DNA of 64,000 nucleotides from Geopsychrobacteraceae bacterium. GTDB lineage: Bacteria; Desulfobacterota; Desulfuromonadia; Desulfuromonadales; Geopsychrobacteraceae. Of this stretch, positions 1-10,063 are shown piece by piece; within the stretch, counting starts at the first letter, position 1, and each line of letters opens with the position of its first letter. The translations under genes and the position numbers were made by a program. A model generated the notes under the pieces. It was not told the DNA's origin and ran no database searches. It saw only the letters and a program-made list of their open reading frames with translations. The DNA lies in assembly GCA_963662315.1 (NCBI GenBank), contig OY759353.1, positions 1,728,001 through 1,792,000 of the forward strand, in the 5' to 3' direction.

Positions 1-735
1 AACGGCTACCCTGCAACCGAGGGAGACTTTTCTATTGGCGGTGTTCCCGGAACTGGGGCGGAACTCGTTTTAGATTTCTACGATTTTGCTGGATCAGCCC
101 TAGGAGGTCAGATTCTTCCTACCGGTAGTCCAGTTAACCGTTATAACATTCCGGGTGTTGGTCCTTTAGATGTCAGTGTTGTAGATTTTGCCAATTTACA
201 CTTTTTCGTTCGTGCTAGCGATATCGGACTTGACCCTACCCGCTCAATTTATGAGTTACAAGAAGATCGCGAACTGGTTAACCGCTTAGAAGCAGTACGT
301 AAAGCCGTATCCAATGAAATTGGATTTATCACCGGTCCAGACGCTGATGAACAGCTTAAAATCAGTATGAACCCTCTTATTTTCGCTGTAGCGCCACCCA
401 CAACTTATACTGCTACAAATAATTTTGTAGTTGAGAAAGAGTCACAGAACATCACATCACGCTCTCTGGCACGATTCGCTTTTTCTAAAGCTTACCCTGG
501 ATCAGGATCAGCCGGAACAGCAGTTGCTTGCGGCATTAAAGGCACCCTTGCCAATGAAGTATTTGCAGATGAAATTACGGATGGCAAACCTTACTCTGTA
601 CGTTTAGGCCATCCTGGCGGGGTCCTTGAAGTCATTGCAGAAATATCACAAAAAGAAGATTCCATTTCTGTCACTAAAGCACAGCTCGGCAGAACGGCAC
701 GACTGATCATGGAAGGAACTTGTTACATCCGTTAA
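1..735 (+). CDS. prpF: PrpF/AcnD-accessory family isomerase (5'-truncated by window edge)
   Basis: Frame 1 is open from base 1: EGDFSIGGVPGTGAELVLDF...GQILPTG...SVVDFAN...; C-terminal RLGHPGG and GRTARLIMEG are typical PrpF motifs. Confidence 0.88.
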   Translation, partial: NGYPATEGDFSIGGVPGTGAELVLDFYDFAGSALGGQILPTGSPVNRYNIPGVGPLDVSVVDFANLHFFVRASDIGLDPTRSIYELQEDRELVNRLEAVRKAVSNEIGFITGPDADEQLKISMNPLIFAVAPPTTYTATNNFVVEKESQNITSRSLARFAFSKAYPGSGSAGTAVACGIKGTLANEVFADEITDGKPYSVRLGHPGGVLEVIAEISQKEDSISVTKAQLGRTARLIMEGTCYIR

Positions 736-756
736 TATTGGTGTAAAAAATCCTTG

Positions 757-790
757 TCGACCCGGCATTTCATGCCGGGTCGATTTTTAT
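757..790 (+). terminator. Rho-independent terminator after prpF
   Basis: tcgacccggcat-ttc-atgccgggtcga stem followed by a T-run. Confidence 0.85.
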
Positions 791-817
791 TTAAGTCCTC
801 CCAAGCCAACAACAACC

Positions 818-832
818 TTTCACCAGATGAAA
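818..832. promoter_or_regulatory. Putative IclR-type operator TTTCA-N5-TGAAA upstream of acnA (second copy at 996-1010)
   Basis: Perfect inverted arms TTTCACCAGATGAAA; TTTTATCAAATGAAA at 996-1010; related copies lie upstream of other operons. Confidence 0.5.
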
Positions 833-1085
833 TTAGCTTCTCACTAAGCAGCATTTCCCCCAAAAGCCCCTTATCGCACAAAAGAATACAAAAACCAAAA
901 CACCGATATTACAACGATTTTTAGAAATCTAGCATCCCTTCAAACATCTTGAGCCAAATCTAAATACTTGCTATATTTCATTTAGTGGTTTCAACTTTTA
1001 TCAAATGAAATTTCTCCATATTGTTTTCGCCTTGCAAAAAAACTTTTGCCCCAGGCCAACCTTAAAAGATAGGGAGAACAGAAAC

Positions 1086-3659
1086 ATGATTAAATCAGTT
1101 GACTTTAATAAGCTATATAAACAATTCCCACATCTCAAAAAACAACCAATTTCAAGACGTATCTTATTAGAAAACGTTGTCAGGAAAGATCAAAAGTCTC
1201 CTCACCGAGAAGAGACTATTGAAGCTCTCGTTTACGGGGGCCCCACCGAAATCGAATTTTGGCCATCCCGTATCATTATGCAGGATTATGCAGGAATGCC
1301 TGCGTTGATTGATCTAGCAGCGCTAAGAAGTGCAGCAAAAGACATGGGGGCTGATCCCAACTCAATCAATCCCCAAGTCCCTGTCACCCTCGTAGTCGAC
1401 CATTCTGTAATGGCAAATGAAACTAGACGGGTTGATGCTCTCGAAATCAATTTAAAGGATGAATTCAGAACAAACGTCGAGAGATACACCTTTCTCAAAT
1501 GGGCATCAAAAGCCTTTAAAAATTTACAAATCGTTCCACCTGGCCAGGGCATAATTCACCAGGTAAATACCGAGCATTTTGCCACAATTGTGACCGAAAA
1601 AACGCATCACGGAACTCCTTGGCAATATCCAGACACTCTCATTGGAACAGACAGTCATACAACAATGGTTAACGGTATGGGAGTCTTAGGTTGGGGGGTA
1701 GGTGGAATTGAAGCTGAATCCGTTATGCTAGGGGAACCCATATCAATGGTGGCCCCTGAAGTTGTTACGGTCTGGCTCGAAGGAGAAGCGGCTAAGGGAG
1801 TATTAGCAACAGATATTGTTCTTAGCCTAACAGAGATGTTACGCAAGCAAGGTGTTGTTGGGAAGATAATTGAATTTTGTGGTCCTGGAGTCAATTCATT
1901 ATCTACGACAGATCGTCTAACGATCTCAAATATGTCCCCCGAATTTGGCTCGATGGCAGCTTTTTTCCCTGTCGATAACAAAACCCTTGGTTACCTCACC
2001 ACCACTGGTCGATCAAGATATCAAAATAAACTCGTAGAAAACTATTTAACCAAGAATAGCCTATTCTATTCTCCAGAGTTCCAGCCAGAGACCGACTTTC
2101 AACTAAGTTTCAACCTAAACGATGTCAATCGGATTATAGCAGGCCCCAAACGACCCGATGAAAAAAGAAACTTACATGAAGTACCAAAGGCCCTTTACGA
2201 GTTAGGCGTTAGGAAAGACCACAAGAATTCAGAATTTTTATCCTCAGGCGATATTGTCATTGCAGCAATAACCAGTTGCACCAATACGGCAAATCCAGAA
2301 GCAATGATAACCGCTGGACTTTTAGCCCAGAATGCCAGGAAGCATGGCCTTACTGTAAAGACTTCGATAAAAACCTCTATAGCTCCGGGGGCAAAAGTTG
2401 TCACCTCCTATTTACAAAATTTAGGCTTACTAGAGGATTTATCAGCATTAGGATTTAATGTCGTTGCCTATGGCTGCACAACATGTGTTGGCAATTCAGG
2501 AGAACTGACCAAGGAGGTCTTGGACGTATTAGAACAAAAAGACATTCTAGTGTCTTCAATATTGTCAGGAAACAGAAACTTTGAAGGTCGTATTCATCCC
2601 AAAATAAAGGCTAATTTTTTAGCCTCTCCACCACTAGTAATCGCATATGCCATTGCTGGCACGATGAATATTGATCTGGAGAAAAGTCCCCTCGGCATAT
2701 CCAAAACAGGTCAGCCCGTTTTCCTCCATGACCTTTGGCCATCCCAAGAAGCTATAGCAAACGCACTACATCAAGCAATTACATCAAACATATTCATTGA
2801 AAACTACAAAACAGTGCTGGAAGGAAATGCTGATTGGGAAACCCTCAATGCTCCAGAATCTGATGTTTTTCCATGGAACAGTAAGAGTACCTATCTACAG
2901 AAACCTCCATTTTTTGAATTGCCACCATTATTTAACCCAGGCCGCTCAATTTTAGACAGAGCAGTCCCATTGGCAATACTAGATGACCATATAACGACAG
3001 ATCATATCTCTCCGGTTGGACGAATTCCAGAGGATAGCCCTGCCGCCAATTACTTAATAGCAAAATCAGTTTCGCCTCAAGACTTCAACGCATTCGGTGC
3101 ACGTCGCGGAGAGCATGAAGTGATGGTCAGGGGAACGTTTACAAATATTCGCTTGCGTAACCATCTCGTGAGTCGAGCAGGAGGATGGACCTTAACGACT
3201 CCAGAGGACAAAGAGACCACGATTTACGATGCTGCCATGACTTACATATCTCGTAAACGGGACATCATATTGTTTGCCGGCAAACAATATGGCGCAGGTT
3301 CTGCGCGGGATTGGGCCGCAAAAGGGACAAGGCTCTTGGGTGTAAAAGCGGTTATCGCCGAAAGCTTCGAAAGAATACATCGTGCGAATCTCGTTCGCAT
3401 GGGGGTTTTGCCTCTTCAAATAGTTGGAGAGAAAGCACTTTTCGACCAAGTAGAACTAAATCACCACTCAGAAATATCAATTGAAGCTGCTGTCAACGAC
3501 ATCCATCCATTTGCAGAACTTAAAGCTGTCATCATCAACCATAAGGAGGAAAAAAAGGAATTTTTTGTAAAAGCAATAATCGAAACAGATGCTGAAAAAG
3601 ATTATTTGCTGTCTGGAGGCATCTTACCCCATGTAGCAATGAAATTTTTATCGCACTAA
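1086..3659 (+). CDS. acnA: Aconitase A family [4Fe-4S] hydratase (divergent)
   Basis: GTDSHTTM, AAITSCTNT, GCTTCVGNSG, NRNFEGR, TTDHISP, RDWAAKG motifs; ATG 1086 follows AGGGAG RBS. Confidence 0.9.
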   Translation: MIKSVDFNKLYKQFPHLKKQPISRRILLENVVRKDQKSPHREETIEALVYGGPTEIEFWPSRIIMQDYAGMPALIDLAALRSAAKDMGADPNSINPQVPVTLVVDHSVMANETRRVDALEINLKDEFRTNVERYTFLKWASKAFKNLQIVPPGQGIIHQVNTEHFATIVTEKTHHGTPWQYPDTLIGTDSHTTMVNGMGVLGWGVGGIEAESVMLGEPISMVAPEVVTVWLEGEAAKGVLATDIVLSLTEMLRKQGVVGKIIEFCGPGVNSLSTTDRLTISNMSPEFGSMAAFFPVDNKTLGYLTTTGRSRYQNKLVENYLTKNSLFYSPEFQPETDFQLSFNLNDVNRIIAGPKRPDEKRNLHEVPKALYELGVRKDHKNSEFLSSGDIVIAAITSCTNTANPEAMITAGLLAQNARKHGLTVKTSIKTSIAPGAKVVTSYLQNLGLLEDLSALGFNVVAYGCTTCVGNSGELTKEVLDVLEQKDILVSSILSGNRNFEGRIHPKIKANFLASPPLVIAYAIAGTMNIDLEKSPLGISKTGQPVFLHDLWPSQEAIANALHQAITSNIFIENYKTVLEGNADWETLNAPESDVFPWNSKSTYLQKPPFFELPPLFNPGRSILDRAVPLAILDDHITTDHISPVGRIPEDSPAANYLIAKSVSPQDFNAFGARRGEHEVMVRGTFTNIRLRNHLVSRAGGWTLTTPEDKETTIYDAAMTYISRKRDIILFAGKQYGAGSARDWAAKGTRLLGVKAVIAESFERIHRANLVRMGVLPLQIVGEKALFDQVELNHHSEISIEAAVNDIHPFAELKAVIINHKEEKKEFFVKAIIETDAEKDYLLSGGILPHVAMKFLSH

Positions 3660-3707
3660 CAAACATTCTATTCATTGTGAAAATGAATTTTATTGAAGGA
3701 GAAAAAA

Positions 3708-4913
3708 ATGTCTTTTCAACCCTTAAAACGATTCCGGGTTATTGATCTGACGAATGTGCTATCTGGTCCCTTTTGTGGGCATCTTTTGACCCACATGGGA
3801 GCAGATGTTATCAAAGTAGAAGTCCCAAGATCAGGAGATCTTGCACGTCAGTTAGGAGCAGATCCCGATCTCAATAGCAAGAAGATGGGAGTTTCATTTT
3901 TAGCACAAAATGCTGGAAAAAGATCAATTACTATAGATCTGAAAGCTGACGAAGGGAAAAGCTTATTCAAACGTTTAATTAAGTCAGCAGACGTTCTGGT
4001 GGAAAATTTTAGACCAGGTGTCATGGATCGATTAAAACTCGGCTTCGAAGAATTAAAGCAGATCAACCCCTCACTTATCTATTGCGCAATTTCTGGTTTT
4101 GGTTCTGAGGGACCATTAAGAAATAAGCCCGCATATGACCAAATTATTCAAGGCATGTCTGGCGTAATGAGCATCACAGGAGCCCCTGAGACAGCTCCAT
4201 ATAGAGTCGGATATCCTATTGCAGATACAATTGGCGGCATGAGTGCAGCGTTTGCAGTTTCATCCGCGTTAGCAAGTCGCAATGGAGAACAGGGAGACGC
4301 TGTTTTCATTGATGTATCAATGCTAGCGTCAACTATGTCGACAATGGGATGGGTAGTATCCAATTACCTCATCGCCGGCAAAGAACCAAAACCAATGGGA
4401 AACGACAACTTCACTGCAAGCCCATCAGGTACATTTAGTACTGGTAAAGGGTTATTAAATATTGCTGCCAACAAACAAGAACAGTTTGAAGCACTCTGCC
4501 AAGCAGTTGGGGTCCCAGAACTTGCCTCTGATGCACGGTTCTCTGAACGGCAGAATAGATTAAAAAACAGGGCAGAATTGCAAACCATTTTAGAGGCAGC
4601 CTTAGCAACTAAAACTGCGACAGAATGGGTTGAGATTTTTACTTCTGTCAGCGTTCCTTCGGGTGAAGTTTTTTCAGTACCTGAAGCATTAAACAATCCG
4701 AACTTAGATCGTTCAGAAATCATCGGAACCTTTGAGAATGTTGAAAACGTGGGTAAAGTTGAGATTTTTAGACCAGGGTTCAAAATTAATGGTTCAACTC
4801 CTTCAGTAAAAACCCCTCCTCCTACATTGGGTCAGCATACAGAAGAAATTCTTAAAGAGCTTGGCTACTCGCAACAGGAGACAGATCATTTAAAAGAGCG
4901 TCACGTTATCTAA
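3708..4913 (+). CDS. Family III (CaiB/BaiF) CoA-transferase
   Basis: RVIDLTNVLSGPFC, GADVIKVE, NAGKRSITIDLK, ENFRPGVM, AYDQIIQ (catalytic Asp); AAGGAG RBS before ATG 3708. Confidence 0.93.
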   Translation: MSFQPLKRFRVIDLTNVLSGPFCGHLLTHMGADVIKVEVPRSGDLARQLGADPDLNSKKMGVSFLAQNAGKRSITIDLKADEGKSLFKRLIKSADVLVENFRPGVMDRLKLGFEELKQINPSLIYCAISGFGSEGPLRNKPAYDQIIQGMSGVMSITGAPETAPYRVGYPIADTIGGMSAAFAVSSALASRNGEQGDAVFIDVSMLASTMSTMGWVVSNYLIAGKEPKPMGNDNFTASPSGTFSTGKGLLNIAANKQEQFEALCQAVGVPELASDARFSERQNRLKNRAELQTILEAALATKTATEWVEIFTSVSVPSGEVFSVPEALNNPNLDRSEIIGTFENVENVGKVEIFRPGFKINGSTPSVKTPPPTLGQHTEEILKELGYSQQETDHLKERHVI

Positions 4914-4921
4914 AACGTATA

Positions 4922-4955
4922 GATATAGGGAGTTTTACTTGAAACTCCCTATATC
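4922..4955 (+). terminator. Hairpin/terminator after CoA-transferase
   Basis: gatatagggagttt-N6-aaactccctatatc perfect 14-bp stem. Confidence 0.75.
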
Positions 4956-5452
4956 CAGCCTGATTAGAGCTGTTAACAAAATATTGGCTAACACAATGAG
5001 CTCAATATCTGGGAGATACTACACTTATTTCGAATAAGAATTCTTAATGCCCTTAGGCGAAAGTCGTGTAAACTTTTCGGGCTCCGGATTTGCCTTTTAA
5101 AATTTCGCGTCCCATTGAACCACTGCACTATCAAGAAGAACAGATCCTTCCAATAAAAGTTCCTACCAAAGACAAAAGCTCATATAGAAATAAGTTTTAC
5201 GCAAAAATTAACAATCATTTTTCTGGGCTATGCAACATCAAAGAAATGTCATATAATGAAAGTCATTTTTACTAGGCCCTGAGTATATTTTTTGCTCAGC
5301 CTTCGTAAAGAAAACTTTGAGTATGTTTACAATTATCTCAGTATAAGCGTTCTTCAATTCCGAGCCTCGGAAGAAACATATCTCTTCATCATCGCTAGAG
5401 CCCACAATATCTTTGCTATAAAAATTAAATGCACACTCAATTAGGAGGAATT

Positions 5453-6205
5453 ATGCCAAAAGAAAATAATAAGTCTCAACCATCTGTAAGAGCCCTGGAA
5501 AGAGGGCTAGATATCCTTTCATGTTTCCAGGGAGCAACAGATCCAATCCCATTGACGACTATTGCAAACTCTGTTGAATTATCATTAAGTACTGCTTTAC
5601 GCATACTGGGAACCTTAGAAAATAAAGGATTTATAACTCGTCAAGAAGACACAAAAAGATACAGTCTTGGCCCCAAATTACTAGGACTGGCACCTACTGC
5701 GCAGAGGATGAATAGTCTTTCAATGCTAGCACTCCCATTTATGCAAAAGTTAAATGAAAAATATGATGAAACGATAACACTATACATTCTTTCAAATATG
5801 CAAAGGGTTTGTATTCAACGAGTTGACAGCAGTCAGACACTACGCCAAGTTATTCCTATTGGTGACATATTACCTATTGGAATAGGGGCGGGAGGAAAAG
5901 TACTCACAGCTTGGCTTCTCGATAATAAAGACATCGACTTAGAGTCGATTGCTCCTACATTTACACCTGCAATCCTAAAGCAGGTAAAGGAAAATGGCTA
6001 TGCCACCAGTTTTAATGAACGTGGTGAAGGGATATACGGTATCGCGGCTCCAATCCGTGATGCGTCAGACACTGTCGTTGCTGCCCTCTCATTATCTGGG
6101 CCTACCGCAAGATTTGACCTCGCACAATTGACAGAACTTGCGGAAGCAGTTAAAGAGACAGCAAATGAAATCTCCATTGCTCAAGGATGGTCTAATTTAG
6201 GATAA
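5453..6205 (+). CDS. IclR family transcriptional regulator
   Basis: SVRALERGLDIL...STALRILGTLE HTH; GAGGKVL and GIAAPIRD..VAALSLSGP effector domain; AGGAGG RBS. Confidence 0.95.
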   Translation: MPKENNKSQPSVRALERGLDILSCFQGATDPIPLTTIANSVELSLSTALRILGTLENKGFITRQEDTKRYSLGPKLLGLAPTAQRMNSLSMLALPFMQKLNEKYDETITLYILSNMQRVCIQRVDSSQTLRQVIPIGDILPIGIGAGGKVLTAWLLDNKDIDLESIAPTFTPAILKQVKENGYATSFNERGEGIYGIAAPIRDASDTVVAALSLSGPTARFDLAQLTELAEAVKETANEISIAQGWSNLG

Positions 6206-6253
6206 ATAAACAAAGAACAAACAATCATATTCATAGCAAAAATCGATAAAAAA

Positions 6254-6293
6254 ATAGCCTTTACTAGAAACTGAGCAATCTAGTAAAGGCTAT
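6254..6293. terminator. Bidirectional terminator between convergent iclR and tctC
   Basis: atagcctttactaga / tctagtaaaggctat 15-bp stem with flanking A-run. Confidence 0.8.
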
Positions 6294-6327
6294 AAGAAAT
6301 CATTGATACCATGCTGATTAATCTTAC

Positions 6328-7296
6328 TTAATGCCCGATACCGATTTCTTTTACAATATCAGCCATGATTTCATCTTGCTTCGCAATGACATTAGTAAAC
6401 TCGTCGCCAGGAGTGAATGATGGAGGTTCGCCAAACAATGTAGCTCGCTTGCCATAATCCTCACTAGTGATGATCTTTTCAAATCCCTCCCGTAAAAACT
6501 TAACAATTTCAGGGGGGGTATCTTTATGCATTACAATCCCACGCCAACTGGTCAACATAGCATCATAGCCTTGCTCATGAAAGGTAGGAACATCGGGGAT
6601 TTCTGGAACACGCTTACTGCCACTAACACCAATAATCTTAAGATCACCACTTTTTATATTTTCAATGATTGCTGGGACAAAAGTACTAATAGCATTGATG
6701 TGTCCTCCTAGAACCGCTGCAATACCTTGAGAAGTACTTTTAAATGGAATACCCTTTACATCCTTAATAATACCCATGCGAAACATTGCGTCCGCTCCAA
6801 GAAAGTTCAAACTAGACCCAGCACCGGGATGTGCCCAAGTAATTTCACCAGGGTGTGCCTTTACATAGTCAACAAACTCTTTTGCGTTATTATACGGAGC
6901 ATCCTTGCCAACAGCAATTACCTGAGCGATATCTGAAGCCTGTGCAATAGCGATAAAATCGGACACCTTATAACCAACCTTGGCAATATGTGGCCCTATC
7001 GGCAGAGCTAGAGTTGCATACAGAAGCTTATAGCCGTCAGGTTTTTGCTTGGCAACATAGGATGCACCGAGAGAGCCCCCTGCTCCAGGTTTACAAGTAA
7101 TTTTTAATGGCTGTCCGAAAACCTCTTCAGCACCAGGAACAAGAAGTTCAGAGGCAAGGTGAGATCCACCACCTGCACCATAAGGAACTATCACCTCAAT
7201 AGGCTTCCGCGGGTATTCAGCTGCTGTTGCGTACCCTGCAAATGCCACTGTTAAAAAGCAGATTCCAATAGCCAAGCATAACAAATACCGTTTCAT
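6328..7296 (-). CDS. tctC: TTT transporter substrate-binding protein (TctC/Bug) #1
   Basis: Signal peptide, YPRKPIEVIVPYGAGGG, KPDGY, VLGGHI, PDVPTFHEQG. Confidence 0.92.
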   Translation of the reverse strand: MKRYLLCLAIGICFLTVAFAGYATAAEYPRKPIEVIVPYGAGGGSHLASELLVPGAEEVFGQPLKITCKPGAGGSLGASYVAKQKPDGYKLLYATLALPIGPHIAKVGYKVSDFIAIAQASDIAQVIAVGKDAPYNNAKEFVDYVKAHPGEITWAHPGAGSSLNFLGADAMFRMGIIKDVKGIPFKSTSQGIAAVLGGHINAISTFVPAIIENIKSGDLKIIGVSGSKRVPEIPDVPTFHEQGYDAMLTSWRGIVMHKDTPPEIVKFLREGFEKIITSEDYGKRATLFGEPPSFTPGDEFTNVIAKQDEIMADIVKEIGIGH

Positions 7297-7365
7297 ACAT
7301 GTCGCTCCTTCTGTTCGAGTTAAGACAATGCCCATATACATTGCCATAAAAAAAATGATCTATTC

Positions 7366-8865
7366 TTATTCTGTAGCACTGGATCTGCCATTATTTCTCG
7401 TCCGTTTATAACCCGTAACGACTGCAAATATGAGGGTGCAAACTAAGAAAAATAGACAGAAGGGACTGGTAAAGAAGATGCTGGCATCCATACTGGACAC
7501 CCTCATTGCTTGCCTAAAGCTGGTTTCAAGTTCGATTCCCAGAATAAAGGCAATAACTACTGGAGTGAGCTGGAAAGATCCTGAGCGGAGAACAAAGCCA
7601 ACCACACCGAAAACGACCATAACCAATGGGTCAAAGAGGTTGCCACGTGCAGCATAGGTCCCTAAAACACACAAGATAAAAATAAAGGGAAGTAAGAGAG
7701 ACTTTCTGACAGCAATAATTCTGACAAAAAATCGAAGTAACAGAGTTCCGACAAAAAACAATGCGACAACAGACAGAATAATAGCGATATAGATCTTGTA
7801 CACTTCGCCAATATGCTGAGTAAACAAAAGCGGTCCAGGCTTAACACCATGAGCGATAAATGCTCCCATCAAAATGGCAGTAACAACATCTCCAGGAATA
7901 CCTAATGTCAGCATAGGAACAAGCGCACCACCACACACTGCATTGTTTGCAGATTCAGGAGCAGCTACACCGTCGATAATACCTGTTCCAAATTTTTCAG
8001 GATATTTTGACCTACGCTTTGCATCCGCATAAGAAATAAAAGATGCTGTACTACCACCTAATCCAGGAAGAATTCCGATGAGACAACCATAAATCCCACC
8101 AAGAACACTATTCTTAAACTGACTGCAATATTCCTTGAAACTTAGTCGATTATCATCCATTGCGACAACATCGGCGGGCTTATTTAACTCTTCAACACTA
8201 TTTCCAGTTTGTATCAACAGTTCAGACAAGGCAAAAACACCGATAAAAAGTGGCAGCAACTGGATACCGTCATAAAGGTCGCCCAATCCAAAGGTAAACC
8301 GCTCTGTACCGTCTATCCTATCTGCACCGATTGCTCCAAAAAACAATCCTAATGAAATCAGAGAAAGGCCTTTCCAAAAATTATCACTACAGATCCCAGC
8401 AATCAGCACCAGAGTAAAAAGCATGATCCCAAAATATTCAGGAGGGCCAAATTTAAGAGAAAGTTTGGCTAGCAGATTAGCGGAAAGCATTAATATAATC
8501 GAACCGACTAACCCACCAGTACAAGAGGCCGACAAAGACATGCCTAGCGCTTTTCCAGCTTGGTTATTTTTTGCCATTTCGTAACCATCAAGAACTGTAG
8601 CAGCAGCGCTAGCAGATCCTGGGGTATTAATAAGAATCGCTGAAATGGATCCTCCATACATGGCCCCCATATAGGCACCAATTAGCGCCATCAAGGCATT
8701 ATTAGTTTCAAAATACAAACTCATTGGCAAAACTAAAGAGATTGTCATACTAGGACTAATACCAGGCAGCGACCCTCCAAGAATGCCAACAAAGACTCCG
8801 CAGACCAGATATAAAATTCCAACCATGGTCACTGTCTCACTTGCTACGGACAAAAACTGTTCCAT
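7366..8865 (-). CDS. tctA: TTT transporter large membrane subunit #1
   Basis: YGGSISAILINTPG, DGYEMAK, APESANNA, MLTLGIPGD. Confidence 0.95.
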   Translation of the reverse strand: MEQFLSVASETVTMVGILYLVCGVFVGILGGSLPGISPSMTISLVLPMSLYFETNNALMALIGAYMGAMYGGSISAILINTPGSASAAATVLDGYEMAKNNQAGKALGMSLSASCTGGLVGSIILMLSANLLAKLSLKFGPPEYFGIMLFTLVLIAGICSDNFWKGLSLISLGLFFGAIGADRIDGTERFTFGLGDLYDGIQLLPLFIGVFALSELLIQTGNSVEELNKPADVVAMDDNRLSFKEYCSQFKNSVLGGIYGCLIGILPGLGGSTASFISYADAKRRSKYPEKFGTGIIDGVAAPESANNAVCGGALVPMLTLGIPGDVVTAILMGAFIAHGVKPGPLLFTQHIGEVYKIYIAIILSVVALFFVGTLLLRFFVRIIAVRKSLLLPFIFILCVLGTYAARGNLFDPLVMVVFGVVGFVLRSGSFQLTPVVIAFILGIELETSFRQAMRVSSMDASIFFTSPFCLFFLVCTLIFAVVTGYKRTRNNGRSSATE

Positions 8866-8880
8866 CTCAAACTCCAAACA

Positions 8881-9363
8881 TCAAGAAAACAAAGTGAATT
8901 CAGGTAAAGAAACCATAAAAACAGTACTGAACAAATAATAAGTGATCCCTATAAAAGCTGCGGCAAGCAGTATATTTTGCAGGTGATTCTTCCTGGATCC
9001 ATAGACATAAAAGAGAGACACAAGAGCAATAAATGAAGAAATCACATAACCCAAATATTCCATGCTCAAAATGTAAACAACGAGGAATGTAACTATAAAT
9101 ATTTGTTTACAATTTCGCCTCCAGAACCCCTGATCCAGCACTTGCTTAAAAGAAAGCTCGTACTTCTTTTTAAAAACAAAAAAACCGCTCAAAGAGAAAA
9201 TAAACATCGACAGAAGAGAAACATAGGGCCACATCCGAGGGCTAAACTCAGTCTGGGTCCCTTCAAACGCTTTCCCAACAAACTCTGGAATCAACAAAAC
9301 GGTAATCAACGAAAAAACCGTCAACACCAAAAACATCCTTGCCACGGCAGCCTCTTTCAACAT
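8881..9363 (-). CDS. tctB: TTT transporter small membrane subunit #1
   Basis: 160-aa hydrophobic protein directly upstream of tctA, ending in F...SLP. Confidence 0.85.
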   Translation of the reverse strand: MLKEAAVARMFLVLTVFSLITVLLIPEFVGKAFEGTQTEFSPRMWPYVSLLSMFIFSLSGFFVFKKKYELSFKQVLDQGFWRRNCKQIFIVTFLVVYILSMEYLGYVISSFIALVSLFYVYGSRKNHLQNILLAAAFIGITYYLFSTVFMVSLPEFTLFS

Positions 9364-9539
9364 ATGAAAACCCCTTTCATCTTATCTTCATCTTATCTTC
9401 ATCTTTCGCCACATTCCAAATACCGCAAGCCACACTGAAAACATCTGATGCCGAAGAGAGATCAACAAAAAATCGTTAGAAGGCGGACGGTCTTATTTAG
9501 ATCGTTTGTTAACCTCAACTTCTATCCAACAGAAGCAAT

Positions 9540-9585
9540 GTTCACTAGATGAAATTTATATTACCTGGATACAAAATTGAGTCAA
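9540..9585 (-). promoter_or_regulatory. Putative sigma70 promoter of tctBAC#1 with an operator just downstream of -10
   Basis: Minus strand TTGACT (9580-9585), 16-bp spacer, TAATAT (9558-9563); GTTCACTAGATGAAA at 9540-9554. Confidence 0.5.
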
Positions 9586-10063
9586 GGGTTTTTCTTGTCC
9601 TAGAACATTATTTGTTAATAAAAAGTCTTGTCTCAGATGAGTTGTCGGGAGCATAGAGGAGAAAGGGAAACAAATCCTGGGTTACATATCACCACCCCAT
9701 CCCACCGGTGGTATTTCAAACCAAACTATTTACAGAAAAGGAGAGTTAGAGCGCAGACAAAAGCAAATCTTACGGAACGATTGTTTCATTCAAACCAGGC
9801 CTAGCCAAAACCTATCATTCCTGGAGGAATCTAATTATATTTGTGAGCACGCAACAATATTCACTTCTTGAAGACGGGCCATTAAAATAAAAAATAAGAT
9901 AAGGTCTGAAAATTGGAAAGAAGTTCTACTTTTTGGATATTTAATAAAGGGATAAAAAAAGACAATGCCGCTTAAACAAATAACCAACATTGTCTTTTGA
10001 TAACTAGACAGCTCAGAAAAAGCAATAAGAACAAATATGTCACCGGTTAAGGCTTACCAACTT

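Noticed and set aside
1086..3659. Call as acnD because it follows prpF
   Set aside because: Lacks the AcnD CHDILG motif; has the AcnA-like MQD motif and overall AcnA layout.
4964..5420. Possible IS/MITE end or riboswitch upstream of iclR
   Set aside because: No matching inverted partner and no recognisable aptamer consensus.
9728..9750. atttacagaaaagg... resembling an IS256 terminus
   Set aside because: Only ~12 bp similar to the 18788 end, with no transposase fragment or target duplication nearby.
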